IMG/VR virus record: IMGVR_UViG_3300045912_000220
DNA: 64,000 nt
DNA from: a virus
Reading direction: 5' to 3' (one strand)
Part shown: in pieces, positions 17,862 through 29,388 of the stretch
How positions within the stretch are numbered: the stretch's first letter is position 1
Layout of the letters: the number at the start of each line of letters is the position of its first letter
The notes under the pieces: generated by a model
Seen by the model: only the letters and a program-made list of their open reading frames with translations
Databases searched by the model: none
What the model was told of the DNA's origin: nothing
Translations under genes and position numbers: made by a program

Positions 17862-18223
17862 CGCATGAACAGCTGCTGCGGTGCCGGGTCGCGGCACTGC
17901 TCGGCATGCCACCATCCGCGGTCGACGACCTGCCAGCAGCCGACCTGATCCTGCTCGACCGGTACTGGCAGGCCGAACCGTGGGGTCCGTGGCGGGATAA
18001 CCTGCACGCGGCTATCATCGCCCGGGAGGTCCGCCGGCCGTACCTGCGCAGGGGCGCGAAGAACCCGCTGGACGACTTCATGGTGATGCAGCCGGCACGC
18101 CGGGCCGAGCTGGCCGCGGAACAGGCCCGGGCCGCATCCGCTGCGCTGGTGGACATGCTGCGGGCCGTGGCCCGCAAGAGGGGCGCCGGTGACCGACCTA
18201 GCAAAACTAGTCGTCCGACTTGA
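17849..18223 (+). CDS. Tail assembly chaperone T portion (G-T fusion by frameshift)
   Basis: -1 frame reads KKSLTHEQLLRCRVAALLGMPPSAVDDL...EPWG. Confidence 0.78.
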   Translation, partial: KKSLTHEQLLRCRVAALLGMPPSAVDDLPAADLILLDRYWQAEPWGPWRDNLHAAIIAREVRRPYLRRGAKNPLDDFMVMQPARRAELAAEQARAASAALVDMLRAVARKRGAGDRPSKTSRPT

Positions 18224-20063
18224 AGCCGAAACGGCCCGCTACCAGTCAGAGCTAGAAAAGGCCCGCAAGGGCCTCGGCAGTTTCCAGCGGGGCGTCGACG
18301 GCCAGCTGCGCAAGGTGCAGCAGGCGTTCGCCGCCACGGCCGCGGCCGCCGTCGCCGGCTTCGGGGCGCTGGTCAAAGGCGCGGTGGATGCTGCCGACCA
18401 AACGGGCAAGCTGGCTCAGAAGGTCGGCGTCAGCACCGAGAGTCTTTCCCAGCTGGGGTTCGCCGCCGGTCAGTCCGGCACCGACATCAAGGGCCTCGAG
18501 AACGGCCTGAAGGCGCTGAGCCGGGTTGCCGTCGAATCGAGTACCGGCAGCAAGCAAGCGGCCGAGGCGTTCGCGGCGCTCGGCATCAGTGCGACCGATG
18601 CGAACGGGCAGGTGCGCGGCACCGAGGAGCTGCTGCTCGACATCGCCGACAAGTTCAGCCAGTTCGAGGATAGCGCCAGCAAAGCGGCGCTGGCTCAGCG
18701 GCTATTCGGTCGCGCCGGCCTCGAGCTGATCCCGCTACTGAACAACGGTCGCGACGGCATCGAGGCCCTGAAAAAGCAGGCCGATGCGCTCGGCCTGACC
18801 ATCACCGACAAAACGGCCAAAGCAGCCGCGCTGTTCAACGACTCGCTGGACGTGCTGCGCTCCCGGGTTGTGGGCCTCGCCCGGCAGACGGCGGCCGACC
18901 TGCTCCCGGCGCTTGCCGAGGCGGTCGACGGGTTCGCAAAGTCGGCGACCGGCGCCGCCGAGTTCGACCTAGCGGGCAAGGTACTGGCGAACGGCCTGCG
19001 GCTGCTGGTGACGGTCGGGTTCGCGACGTTCCGCACGTTCGCCGACATCGGCCGATCGCTGGGCGCGCTGGCGGCGTCGGCCGTAGCGTTCGCGCGTGGT
19101 GAATGGACCGAGGCGCGCGACATCATCGTGCAGGCGGTCGAGGATCAGAAGAAGGCCACCGCTGACGCGAACATGTTCCTCGACAAGCTCTGGGCCGACA
19201 CCGGCGCCCGGATCGTCGAGACTGCAAAGGCCAACGACGCCGAGCTGAAAAAGACACTGATTTTCGGCGGTGGCGCCGGTGCGGGCGGCGGGCTTCAGGA
19301 AATCAGCGTCGGCGCCAAGAAGATAGAGCTGGGGCCGATCGAGCAGTTCTATCGTGAGCTGGATGAGCTGACCAAAACAAGCAGCGAAAAGCAGCTCGAC
19401 CGGTTCAATGAGGTCAAGGCGGCACTGGATCAGCTGTACCGCGACGGGATCATCGGCGCCGAGATTTACAACGCCCGGCTGGGCGAGGCCGTCGACCGGC
19501 TGCTTCCGGAAATGGAGGTGAAGGTCAAGAAGCTCACGGACGAAACGAAGAAGTCGACCGATGAGCTAACCGAGTACGTCCGGCAGGCGCAGCGGAACAC
19601 GGTCGACATTATCGCCGACGGGCTGCGCGAGGGCTTCGACGGCGGCGTGCGGGGGATTCTGCGCAGTGTAGCCGACATGCTGGTGGACATCACGGCGCAG
19701 ATAGTGGCCGCCGATCTAGGGCGGCGCCTGTTCGGCGATATGAGCGCCGGGTCCAGCGGCGGCGGGATCGGTGGCTGGATCGGCAAGGCGCTGGGCGGGC
19801 TCGGCGGGCTGTTCGGTGGCTCGCGTGATAGCGGCGGCCGCGGCATGCCGGGTATGTCCTACCTGATCGGCACTGGCGCGCAGCCGGAACTGTTCGTGCC
19901 AGACTCCGCGGGAACGTTCGTGCCTGCCGGTGCCGGCGGCATGACGGTGAACAACTACTTCACGGTGCAGGCCCCGCAGGGCGCCATCACGCGGCAGACG
20001 GAAAGCCAGATAGCCGCCGCCGCCGCGCGAGGCATCGGCACCGCCGCCCGGCGGAACAACTGA
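18189..20063 (+). CDS. Tape measure protein (624 aa)
   Basis: LAKLVVRLEAET start, Ala-rich helical body, C-terminal PELFVPDSAGTFVP. Confidence 0.93.
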   Translation: MTDLAKLVVRLEAETARYQSELEKARKGLGSFQRGVDGQLRKVQQAFAATAAAAVAGFGALVKGAVDAADQTGKLAQKVGVSTESLSQLGFAAGQSGTDIKGLENGLKALSRVAVESSTGSKQAAEAFAALGISATDANGQVRGTEELLLDIADKFSQFEDSASKAALAQRLFGRAGLELIPLLNNGRDGIEALKKQADALGLTITDKTAKAAALFNDSLDVLRSRVVGLARQTAADLLPALAEAVDGFAKSATGAAEFDLAGKVLANGLRLLVTVGFATFRTFADIGRSLGALAASAVAFARGEWTEARDIIVQAVEDQKKATADANMFLDKLWADTGARIVETAKANDAELKKTLIFGGGAGAGGGLQEISVGAKKIELGPIEQFYRELDELTKTSSEKQLDRFNEVKAALDQLYRDGIIGAEIYNARLGEAVDRLLPEMEVKVKKLTDETKKSTDELTEYVRQAQRNTVDIIADGLREGFDGGVRGILRSVADMLVDITAQIVAADLGRRLFGDMSAGSSGGGIGGWIGKALGGLGGLFGGSRDSGGRGMPGMSYLIGTGAQPELFVPDSAGTFVPAGAGGMTVNNYFTVQAPQGAITRQTESQIAAAAARGIGTAARRNN

Positions 20064-20064
20064 C

Positions 20065-20715
20065 ATGCTTCAACCCGACACGCTCGAAATTTTCCCGACG
20101 TGCCCGACCTACGGGTTCACCAGCGAGCCGCGGTATCTGGTCAAGATTGTGGCGCGCGAGGGCGGCTTCGAGCGGCGAACCCGGAAATGGTCCCGGCCGC
20201 TGCACCGTTACGTGGCGGTTCCGCTGGGCGACCGTTCCGCGGCGGACGTGCAGGAGGTGCTGTACTTCTGGCACGCGGTCGGCGGAATGTTCACGACGTT
20301 CCGGTTCCGCGACTGGGCCGACTACAAGAGCTGCGCTGTACAGGATGAGCCGTCGCCGACGGATCAGCCGTTTACGTTCATTCCCGGCAGCCCCGGCGGC
20401 TACCAGCTGGTCAAGCGGTACACCGCCGGCAGCCTCGAGCAGCTGCGGGAAATCGTGAAGCCCGAGGGTGCCACGATCCGGGTGGCGAATGAGTTCGGGG
20501 TGGAGCAGCCGAGCAACCGCTGGATACTCGACGAAGCGACCGGACTGCTGCAGCCGATTGCCGGATTCGAGGGCACGCCGGCCAGCTGGGGCGGTCAGTT
20601 CTACGTGCCGGTGCGGTTCGATTCCGAGCTGCCCGTCGAAATCACGAACAAGCAGATACAGGCGGCAACGTTCGCGCTGGCCGAGGTCCGCGTCGAGCTG
20701 CCGTACGACCAATGA
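20065..20715 (+). CDS. Distal tail protein, DUF2460 (RcGTA-type)
   Basis: GGFERR-RKW, FRFRDWADY, FYVPVRFDS. Confidence 0.88.
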   Translation: MLQPDTLEIFPTCPTYGFTSEPRYLVKIVAREGGFERRTRKWSRPLHRYVAVPLGDRSAADVQEVLYFWHAVGGMFTTFRFRDWADYKSCAVQDEPSPTDQPFTFIPGSPGGYQLVKRYTAGSLEQLREIVKPEGATIRVANEFGVEQPSNRWILDEATGLLQPIAGFEGTPASWGGQFYVPVRFDSELPVEITNKQIQAATFALAEVRVELPYDQ

Positions 20716-21623
20716 GGGACATAGCGCCAGAGCTGGCCGCGACGATTGCCAGCGACACGCCCACGCTGTCCGTCTGCTGGCTGATCGAGAAGGGAAACGG
20801 CGAAAAAATCCGCGGCACTGACCACGACAGGGACATTCTGGTGGCGGTCGAGGGATCGCCGACGTACGGCCTCGCTGGCCTCTACCGGGCGCGGGCCAAT
20901 ATCACCGGCAGCGCCACGCAGCATTCGGCCGACCTGTCCCCGGACAATCTGGAAGTCGAAGGGGCCACCGATGACGCCGTGACCGGCGAGTTCGACGTAT
21001 CGGTGGCGGAAATTGAGGCGGGGGTGCTCGACCGGGCGCCGGTCACGGTGTTCGTCGTCGACTGGCGGAACCCAGACGCGGGCCAGCTGGTCATCAAGCG
21101 CGGCTGGCTCGGCGAAATCCTGCGCGACTCGGATAACCGCTACCGCACCGAGGTCCGCGGCCTGACCCAAGCGCTCAGCCAGAACATCGGCCAGACGTAC
21201 GCCGAGCGCTGCAACGTCGTCGAGCTGGGCGACACGCGCTGCCGGTTCGACGTTGCAGCCGTGACGCGCACCGGGCAGGTGGGTTCAGTCACCAGTCGCC
21301 GGCAGTTCGTGCTGGCGGTCACTCCCAGCGGTGAGCCGCCCGTGCCGACGTATTGGAACGGCGGCAAGGTCCGCGGCATCACCGGGGCTAATCAGGGGTT
21401 CACGCGCGAGGTAAAGCGCGCCGTGTACTCGCTGGGCGGGGTCACCGTTGAGCTATGGGAAGAACTGCCGGACGACGTGGCGGTGCTCGACGTGTTCGAG
21501 CTGGTCCCCGGCTGCGATCGGCTGCTTGGCACGTGCCGGGACGTGTTCAACAACGTGGCTAACTTCCGCGGCTTCGGGGTGTTCGCGCCCGGGCGAGCTG
21601 CGCTTATCAAGGGACCGACGTGA
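20712..21623 (+). CDS. Baseplate hub protein, DUF2163/BR0599 (RcGTA-type)
   Basis: GTDHDRDI, ELGDTRCRFD, C-terminal GCDRLLGTCRDVFNNVANFRGF. Confidence 0.9.
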   Translation: MRDIAPELAATIASDTPTLSVCWLIEKGNGEKIRGTDHDRDILVAVEGSPTYGLAGLYRARANITGSATQHSADLSPDNLEVEGATDDAVTGEFDVSVAEIEAGVLDRAPVTVFVVDWRNPDAGQLVIKRGWLGEILRDSDNRYRTEVRGLTQALSQNIGQTYAERCNVVELGDTRCRFDVAAVTRTGQVGSVTSRRQFVLAVTPSGEPPVPTYWNGGKVRGITGANQGFTREVKRAVYSLGGVTVELWEELPDDVAVLDVFELVPGCDRLLGTCRDVFNNVANFRGFGVFAPGRAALIKGPT

Positions 21624-22045
21624 TAACCGGCGCGCAGATTGCGGCCGCCGCGCAATCATGGGTTGGCGTCCCGTTTCTGCATCAGGGCCGCAACCGGCAG
21701 GGGGTCGACTGCGCGGGCCTGATAGTGGCCGTGCTGCGCGAGGTCGGCTGGTTCCACCCCGACTTCCGCGACTACCCGCGCTACGGCCGAGCGCCGCAGG
21801 TTGCGCTGCGCGAGGCCGTCGAGCGCATCGGCCAGCCGACCGCCACGCCGGCGCCGGGCGTCGTGTGCCTGATCCGCTGGCCACGCGAGCGGATGGCATC
21901 GCACATCGGCTGGCTGACCGGCGGCACGCTGGTGCACGCGAACGGGCAGGCGCGGCGGGTGGTCGAGCACGGGTACCGCGGGAACTGGGTCCGGGATACC
22001 GTCGCGCTGTACCGGCTGACCGGGGTGGACTACGGCGATGAGTAA
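21620..22045 (+). CDS. NlpC/P60 tail peptidase
   Basis: WVGVPFLHQGR...GVDCAGL...HIG...LVHA. Confidence 0.92.
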   Translation: MITGAQIAAAAQSWVGVPFLHQGRNRQGVDCAGLIVAVLREVGWFHPDFRDYPRYGRAPQVALREAVERIGQPTATPAPGVVCLIRWPRERMASHIGWLTGGTLVHANGQARRVVEHGYRGNWVRDTVALYRLTGVDYGDE

Positions 22046-25000
22046 CGTCGGGCAGGGCGTGTTCGCTGCGGTCGGCGGCGTCGTCGGATTCATCATCGGC
22101 GGCCCGACGGGCGCGGCCTACGGGTTCCAGATAGGGCTGCTGGCCGGCTCGGCGCTGTTCCCGACCCAGCTGCCCGGGGTGCAGGGGCCGCGGCTGCAGG
22201 ACCTTGATACCGCCCAGCAGGACCCGGGCGCACCGGTCCCGATCGTCTACGGCACGTGCGCGATTACCGGAACCGTGATGTGGCTGGGCGAGGTCATCGA
22301 ATCGAGCCAGACGGACACCGTGGGCGGCAAGGGCGCGCCCGAGCAGGACGTAACCACCTACACGTACAGCCAAAGCGTTGCCATCGGCCTCTGCGAAGGC
22401 CCGCTGGGCGGCGTGCTGCGCATCTGGGAGAACGGCCGGCTGGTGTATGACGCGCGGCCCCAGCTGGCCGGCGAAACGGACGCCGACTTCGTGGCCCGCG
22501 GCGAGGCGGCCTCGGCCTATCTGGAAAACCTGACCATCTACCTTGGCACCGAGGATCAGGAACCCGACCCGACCATCGAGGCGGACAAGGGCGTCGGGAA
22601 CGTGCCGGCGTTCCGCGGGCTGGCGTACATGGTCTACGCCAACCGGCAGCTGACGGACGACCAAGGGCGCCGGCACCCGGTGTTCAAGGTCGAGGTCAGC
22701 AACAACCCCGCGAACGTGCCGGTGCTTATCTACGACGTGCCCGGGGCCCAGACTTGGACGAAGCCGCGGGGGCTCGCATCCGCGCGGGTGACCGTGCTCG
22801 GCGGCGGCGGCGGCGGCGGGGCTGGCGCCGGACTGGCGGCCAACGGGTTCATCGGTTCCGGCGGTGGCGGTGGCGGTGGCGGTTTCTCACGCGCCACGTT
22901 CGCCGCCGACGTGCTTCCGGAAACGGTGGCCGTCACGGTCGGCGCAGGCGGTGCTGGCGGCACCACGACGCTGGACACGACGGGCAACGGCAAGCCGGGC
23001 ACGGCCGGGACTAGTGGCGGGGCGTCGTCGTTCGGTGCGTTCCTGACCGCTGGCGGCGGTGGCGGCGGCGGCGGTGGTATTGATTCGCAGAGCGGCACCG
23101 CCGCTGGGGGCGCCGGCGGCGTAGGCGGAACCGGCACTCTGTACACCGGTGGCGCCGGCGGCGCTGGCGAGGTCGGCAACGCGGCCGGGCCGCAGAACGG
23201 CAACCCGGGACAAACGGTGGTACTCGCCGGCGGTGGTGGTGGCGGCGGCGGGGCGCTGGACCGATTCGACGTGGCCGGCAATGCCGGCCCCGGCGGCAGC
23301 GTGCAGGCGCCCGGGGCCGTCCCTCTGGTCACCGGGGGAGCGGCTGGTGCCGGCTGCGCCCGCAAGGGCGGCTGTCAGGCATCCGGCGGCGGCGCCGGCG
23401 GCAACACTGGGGACGACCCGTACAGCGGCGGCGGTGGTGGTGGCGGCGGCGGGTGCGCCGGCGGGAATTTCGTGCCCGGGTCCGGCCCAGCGATCGCTGG
23501 CCCGGGGGCTGCTGGAGGCCGCTATGGCGGCGGTGGTGGCGGCGGCGGCAGCGCTCAAGGACGGGTCTCGTCGAACATTGCCGCCGTCGCGCTGGGGGGT
23601 GCCGGCGGACCCGGTGGTAGCGGCGCCGTCATCGTCGAGCAGACGTACAGCACCAGCGGGTTGAAGCTGGCCGATGTCGTGCAGGACATCAGCCGGCGGG
23701 CGGGCCTCTGGGATGTTGACGTGGAACAGCTGCGCGACATCCCGATCGACGGGTACGTGATCGGCCGGCCAATGCCTGCGCGCGCTGCGCTTGAGCCGCT
23801 GCGCAGTTTCGGCTGGTTCGACGGGGTGGAAAGCGGTTTCCTGCTCCGCTACGTGAAGCGCGGCGGAGTCGCCGTGGCCGAGCTTGGCGTGCAGGACTTA
23901 GGGGCGTCGGCCGGCGCGGACCGGCCACCGCCCGCCATTACCACACGCAAGATTCAGGACGTAGAGCTGCCCCGGCAGGTTCGGGTGCAGTACATCGACG
24001 TCGACCGCGATTATGAACCCGGCGAACAGCTCAGCCCGACCCGCATCACGACCGAGGCCACGAACGACGTAGACGTCGCGGTACCGGTGGTAATGAACGG
24101 GACCAAGGCGGCCCAGATTGCCGAAATCCTCTGGTCAGACGCGTGGCGCTCGCGCTGGGTTCACCAGACGGCGGTCGACGGTTCGTGGCTGCGGCTCGAG
24201 CCAACCGACCCGATTCTGGTGCCAGTCGACGGGCGCGTGCAGCGTATGCGCATAGTTTCTGTGACCGATGAAGGCCCGGAACTGCGGCGGCTCGAGCTGG
24301 TGCGCGACGACGACGGCAGCTACATCAGCTACGCGGTCGCCGAGGCGCCCGACCGCCGGCCGAACGTCGTCACGCTGGTCCGCGATTCGGCGGTGCTGCT
24401 GTTGGACCTGCCGGCGCTGCGCGACGAGGACGACGACCCCGGCTTCTACGCGGCCGCATACCCGATCGGCCCGGGTACCGTGTGGCAGGGCGCTGTCCTG
24501 TTCAAGTCGATAGATGGCGGCCAATCGTTCGCGCCGTCCGGCACGCTGACGCAAGCGACGGTCGTCGGCACGCTCGCCGCCGGCCTGCCCGACGGGATCA
24601 GCTCGACGTTCGACGAAGCGGCAGAACTGCTGGTGGACCTTGAGTATGGGACGCTGGAAAGCCGGACCGAGGCGGCGATACTCGCCGGGGCGAACGCCGC
24701 GGCAATCGGCGCGGACGGGCGCTGGCAGATCGTGCAGTTCCGGGACGCCGAACAGCTCGCCGGCGGGCGCTGGCGCTTGACCGGCATACTGCGCGGCCGG
24801 AAAGGTACCGAGTACCTGACCGGCGGCTCGCGCGCTGGCGATCGGTTCGTGATGGTCAGCACCGGCACCCTGATCCGGGTGGCGTTGCAGCTGTCCGAGG
24901 TTGGCGCGCTGCGCGTCTGGCGGTCGGTTTCTGTCGGCCGGCCCTACTCGACCGGGACAAATCAGGAATTCACCGGCCGGGCCCGGGCGCTGCTGCCGTG

Positions 25001-26255
25001 GTCGCCGGTCGACATCGGCATCGAGGCCAGCGGCGGGGACCGGATCATCACGTGGAGCCGGCGCGACCGCTTCGGGCAGGAATTGCAGAGCGGCGTCGAA
25101 GTTCCGATGAGCGAGGACACCGAAGCCTACGAGGTCGACGTATTCGACCGGGCGGACACCGGCGCACCGCTGCTCACGCTGTCGACCAATGGGCCGCTGG
25201 CTACGCTGACCGAGGCCCAGCGGTACGCCATTTTCGGCAGCCCGTCGGACGGCGAGATTGCCGTGGCCGTGCATCAGATGTCGGCACGGGTTGGTCGCGG
25301 GGTACCCGGCTACTTCCCGGCGGAGCTGTTCGCGTCGGTCACGGATGAAACGGTCGACCCGACCCCGGAGCCGCCCGGCGGCCGGTCGGTCGAGCTCGGG
25401 TATCTGGAGTTCGTGAAGTCACGCCGCCCCGGCGACACGTCGCAGCGGACGCTCGAGGCGCGCGCCCGCAACCCCGCCGGGCGGTACGTGCTGGACCTGC
25501 TGCGCAACGGCGGCGGCTCGTCGTCCTATTCGCTGCTGCGATTCAACGATGGCAACGACGTGAGCGTCGCCAGCGCCGGCGTGTTCGACGTAACCGACAT
25601 GCTTCAGGACCCGACCGACCCGCGGTTCGTGTATCTGGCCCAGCTGTTCGGCGGCAACGGGCCGAGCTCGCCCGGCCCGGGCCTGCTGCGCCGCGTGAAT
25701 ATCGAGCTGCTGACGGCTGGGGGGCTGATTTCCGGCGCGACGGTGGCCCAGCGGCTGACCGGGCTTTCCGGCGACCCGCAGCGGCTGGCCCTGATCGATG
25801 GTGTTTTGTACGCGGCGTGCCCGTTTGAGAATACCGTCGCCCGGCACGACCCTGCCGACCTGTCGCCGCTGTTCCCTGACCTGTTCCCGGGCTTCAGCCC
25901 GTTCTACGTGTTCGCGCGAGGCACCGAGCTATGGGCCGCGACGCGGGCGCGGCCGGCGTCGACGGTGTACCGCCTGAACCCGGTCACCGGAGCCGTCCTG
26001 TCGCAGTTCAACATCGCCCCGTTCTGCGTCGACGTGCGGGCGGTGGGCGACTTCCTGTACGCCATCAGCATTGACGACGAGCGGCTGTACAAGTACCGGC
26101 TGCCGGACGGTGCCCTGCTCTGGGATGCCGATTTCAGCGCGGAAACGTGGGGCGACTCACGAAACTACCTGCAGGTTGACGGCGCCCGGATCAGCGCCGG
26201 CCGGGTGGTGGTGCGGGTATACGATAGCGCCACCGACGAACAGCTCTACCCGTGA
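22038..26255 (+). CDS. Tail tip/central fibre (Phage-tail_3 'megatron'-like) with glycine-rich insert and C-terminal extension
   Basis: PVPIVYGT, YSQSVAIGLCEG, PAFRGLAY, ELPRQVRVQYID, LLRGRKGT-like segment, SEDTEAYEVD. Confidence 0.9.
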   Translation: MSNVGQGVFAAVGGVVGFIIGGPTGAAYGFQIGLLAGSALFPTQLPGVQGPRLQDLDTAQQDPGAPVPIVYGTCAITGTVMWLGEVIESSQTDTVGGKGAPEQDVTTYTYSQSVAIGLCEGPLGGVLRIWENGRLVYDARPQLAGETDADFVARGEAASAYLENLTIYLGTEDQEPDPTIEADKGVGNVPAFRGLAYMVYANRQLTDDQGRRHPVFKVEVSNNPANVPVLIYDVPGAQTWTKPRGLASARVTVLGGGGGGGAGAGLAANGFIGSGGGGGGGGFSRATFAADVLPETVAVTVGAGGAGGTTTLDTTGNGKPGTAGTSGGASSFGAFLTAGGGGGGGGGIDSQSGTAAGGAGGVGGTGTLYTGGAGGAGEVGNAAGPQNGNPGQTVVLAGGGGGGGGALDRFDVAGNAGPGGSVQAPGAVPLVTGGAAGAGCARKGGCQASGGGAGGNTGDDPYSGGGGGGGGGCAGGNFVPGSGPAIAGPGAAGGRYGGGGGGGGSAQGRVSSNIAAVALGGAGGPGGSGAVIVEQTYSTSGLKLADVVQDISRRAGLWDVDVEQLRDIPIDGYVIGRPMPARAALEPLRSFGWFDGVESGFLLRYVKRGGVAVAELGVQDLGASAGADRPPPAITTRKIQDVELPRQVRVQYIDVDRDYEPGEQLSPTRITTEATNDVDVAVPVVMNGTKAAQIAEILWSDAWRSRWVHQTAVDGSWLRLEPTDPILVPVDGRVQRMRIVSVTDEGPELRRLELVRDDDGSYISYAVAEAPDRRPNVVTLVRDSAVLLLDLPALRDEDDDPGFYAAAYPIGPGTVWQGAVLFKSIDGGQSFAPSGTLTQATVVGTLAAGLPDGISSTFDEAAELLVDLEYGTLESRTEAAILAGANAAAIGADGRWQIVQFRDAEQLAGGRWRLTGILRGRKGTEYLTGGSRAGDRFVMVSTGTLIRVALQLSEVGALRVWRSVSVGRPYSTGTNQEFTGRARALLPWSPVDIGIEASGGDRIITWSRRDRFGQELQSGVEVPMSEDTEAYEVDVFDRADTGAPLLTLSTNGPLATLTEAQRYAIFGSPSDGEIAVAVHQMSARVGRGVPGYFPAELFASVTDETVDPTPEPPGGRSVELGYLEFVKSRRPGDTSQRTLEARARNPAGRYVLDLLRNGGGSSSYSLLRFNDGNDVSVASAGVFDVTDMLQDPTDPRFVYLAQLFGGNGPSSPGPGLLRRVNIELLTAGGLISGATVAQRLTGLSGDPQRLALIDGVLYAACPFENTVARHDPADLSPLFPDLFPGFSPFYVFARGTELWAATRARPASTVYRLNPVTGAVLSQFNIAPFCVDVRAVGDFLYAISIDDERLYKYRLPDGALLWDADFSAETWGDSRNYLQVDGARISAGRVVVRVYDSATDEQLYP

Positions 26256-26266
26256 GGCCGTGAGCC

Positions 26267-27715
<1,449 letters not shown>

Positions 27716-27754
27716 CCGGGCCGGCGGGCGGCCGTGCGGCGCCCGCCGGCCCGG
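27716..27754. terminator. 15-bp inverted repeat between convergent late and early arms
   Basis: CCGGGCCGGCGGGCG-9nt-CGCCCGCCGGCCCGG immediately after the fibre stop and before a convergent stop at 27759. Confidence 0.7.
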
Positions 27755-27758
27755 GGCC

Positions 27759-27980
27759 TCAGCGAGCGAGGCCGGCCGCGCGCTTGCCGGCAGGCGTGGC
27801 GCGGGCGGTGTACCGCGAGCCGTCGCAGCTCACGTCGACCCAGCCGCGAGATTGGCAATCGTTCGCGGTCCTGTGCCACGCGACAAGCATGCGGACGCTG
27901 GCGCGATTGGAAGTCATCGGTGACTGGTGGCCATCAGGGCCCGCGGCGAGGCGCACGAAATCGAACTGGTCTGGCGTCAT
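27759..27980 (-). CDS. Hypothetical protein (73 aa)
   Basis: ATG with GGAG RBS. Confidence 0.65.
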   Translation of the reverse strand: MTPDQFDFVRLAAGPDGHQSPMTSNRASVRMLVAWHRTANDCQSRGWVDVSCDGSRYTARATPAGKRAAGLAR

Positions 27981-27995
27981 GGTCGGTGCTCCGGT

Positions 27996-28217
27996 TCAGA
28001 ACAGCGTGACGGCGCCGCCGCCGGCGCCGCGGGCCACCGCTTCGGCGTACGCGCGGGCGGCCTCGATGGTCGCGTAGCCGCTGCGGCTGCCGATCAGCAG
28101 GCCGCTGTCATCGTCGGCGACGACGACCGCGAACGCGCGGCCGCCGGGCGCGTGCACAACACGGGCGGTGATGCCGTTTTCGGCATCGTGGAAGCTCAGC
28201 AGGGCGGGGGCGTTCAT
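27996..28217 (-). CDS. Hypothetical protein (73 aa)
   Basis: ATG with GGAG RBS, behind promoter cassette P1. Confidence 0.7.
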   Translation of the reverse strand: MNAPALLSFHDAENGITARVVHAPGGRAFAVVVADDDSGLLIGSRSGYATIEAARAYAEAVARGAGGGAVTLF

Positions 28218-28254
28218 CTGGTGCTCCGTCGTTCGGTGGCTGCTCGATGGGTTC

Positions 28255-28299
28255 ATCCTCGCATCCGGTGCCGCGGGCGTCCGGAACCGCGTCACAATT
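28255..28299 (-). promoter_or_regulatory. Promoter cassette P1 (CRP-like site plus extended -10)
   Basis: AATTGTGA-cgcggt-TCCGG ... TGCGAGGAT. Confidence 0.55.
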
Positions 28300-28326
28300 C
28301 CGGCTCCGGGCGCTCCGCGGCCAGCG

Positions 28327-28599
28327 TCAGCCATTTTCAAGCGTGCGTGTGATGGCGGCGCGTTCGGCCGGCCCTATCGGGCGAGTTACGCCAGCATTTC
28401 GCTGCGACTGACGCCAAACGCGGTCGGCCTCGCTGCGCGCCTGCTCAGCCACAATGGCCGCGCCCGGGTAGCCGCGCGCGAAGCCGTTGTCCGCCAGATA
28501 GTCCCGGATGGCCCGGGGTTCATCGCCGCAGAGGTCGCGCGTGGCGACGATGATCCGGGCGAGGTCGAGGACGTGTTCCTGCATCGTTTTCACGGTCAT
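28327..28599 (-). CDS. Hypothetical protein (~90 aa)
   Basis: Compositionally normal ORF in the leftward block; start uncertain. Confidence 0.6.
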   Translation of the reverse strand: MTVKTMQEHVLDLARIIVATRDLCGDEPRAIRDYLADNGFARGYPGAAIVAEQARSEADRVWRQSQRNAGVTRPIGPAERAAITRTLENG

Positions 28600-28628
28600 G
28601 CTCCGCGTGGGGTATCTGTCGCGCCGTT

Positions 28629-28967
28629 TCAAAGCCCGCTGACGATGCGGGCTTTCTGTTTTTCATTGGCAACCCGGGCGGGGTGGTCCGGCCCGTGGCC
28701 AGCCTTCACGGCCTCGCGGGAGGCGCTTGCGATGGCCAGCTCGGCCTCGGTCGCATCGCGCAGCCTCAGCCATTGGACGGCGTACTCGCCGTCGCTGTCG
28801 CAATCGTCGGGAGCCCCGACCGGCGTTCGCTCGGTGCGGGTCTCGAGGACTGCGACCGGAAAACCGCCGAGCCGGAAAACTTCGCCGGCATTCCTGCGAT
28901 TCTTCGCTTGATACCAGCCGTCCACGCAGGCGGCGAGGATCGCGGGGTTCAGTGTGGTCGGGTTCAT
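28629..28967 (-). CDS. Hypothetical protein (112 aa)
   Basis: ATG with GAGG RBS, behind cassette P2. Confidence 0.7.
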   Translation of the reverse strand: MNPTTLNPAILAACVDGWYQAKNRRNAGEVFRLGGFPVAVLETRTERTPVGAPDDCDSDGEYAVQWLRLRDATEAELAIASASREAVKAGHGPDHPARVANEKQKARIVSGL

Positions 28968-28985
28968 TGTGAGCCTCGAAGGATC

Positions 28986-29049
28986 GGTGGTTTCGACGGT
29001 TCCAGCATCCCACGACGCGGCCCCGCCTACCGTGACCGAGGTCCCATTT
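28986..29049 (-). promoter_or_regulatory. Promoter cassette P2
   Basis: AAATGGGA-cctcgg-TCACG ... TGGGATGCT-GGAACCGTCGAAACCACC. Confidence 0.55.
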
Positions 29050-29388
29050 CTGGTGCCTGCGCGGCGTCCGGGCATAGTTCAACCCCTTTCCCCGGGGGCG
29101 GGGCGCGCTGGCCCTGCTGCCGGGTACTCGGGTCCCCTGCGCGGGTTTGCCGCGCGCCACCCCGGGAGGCGGTTCCGAATCGGGACCGGGTTGCAGAGGG
29201 ACGCAGCGCCCGGGTTAACGGTTTCGTGTGCGGCAGGCCCGTTTCGGCCCCGATGCTTTCGCGGCACGCGCGATGCGTGGCGGCAGGGTCGGGGGCGTAA
29301 GGGCTTGAAGCGGGAGTCGGGCGGGGATAGGATTCCCCCGTGGTTCCGCGTCGGCGCCCGGGCCCCCGGGTTTAGTGCCGACAAACAT

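Noticed and set aside
29165-29190. tRNA T-loop-like GGTTCCGAATC
   Set aside because: Extra base in the loop and no acceptor, D or anticodon arms; no tRNA or rRNA genes were seen anywhere in the window.
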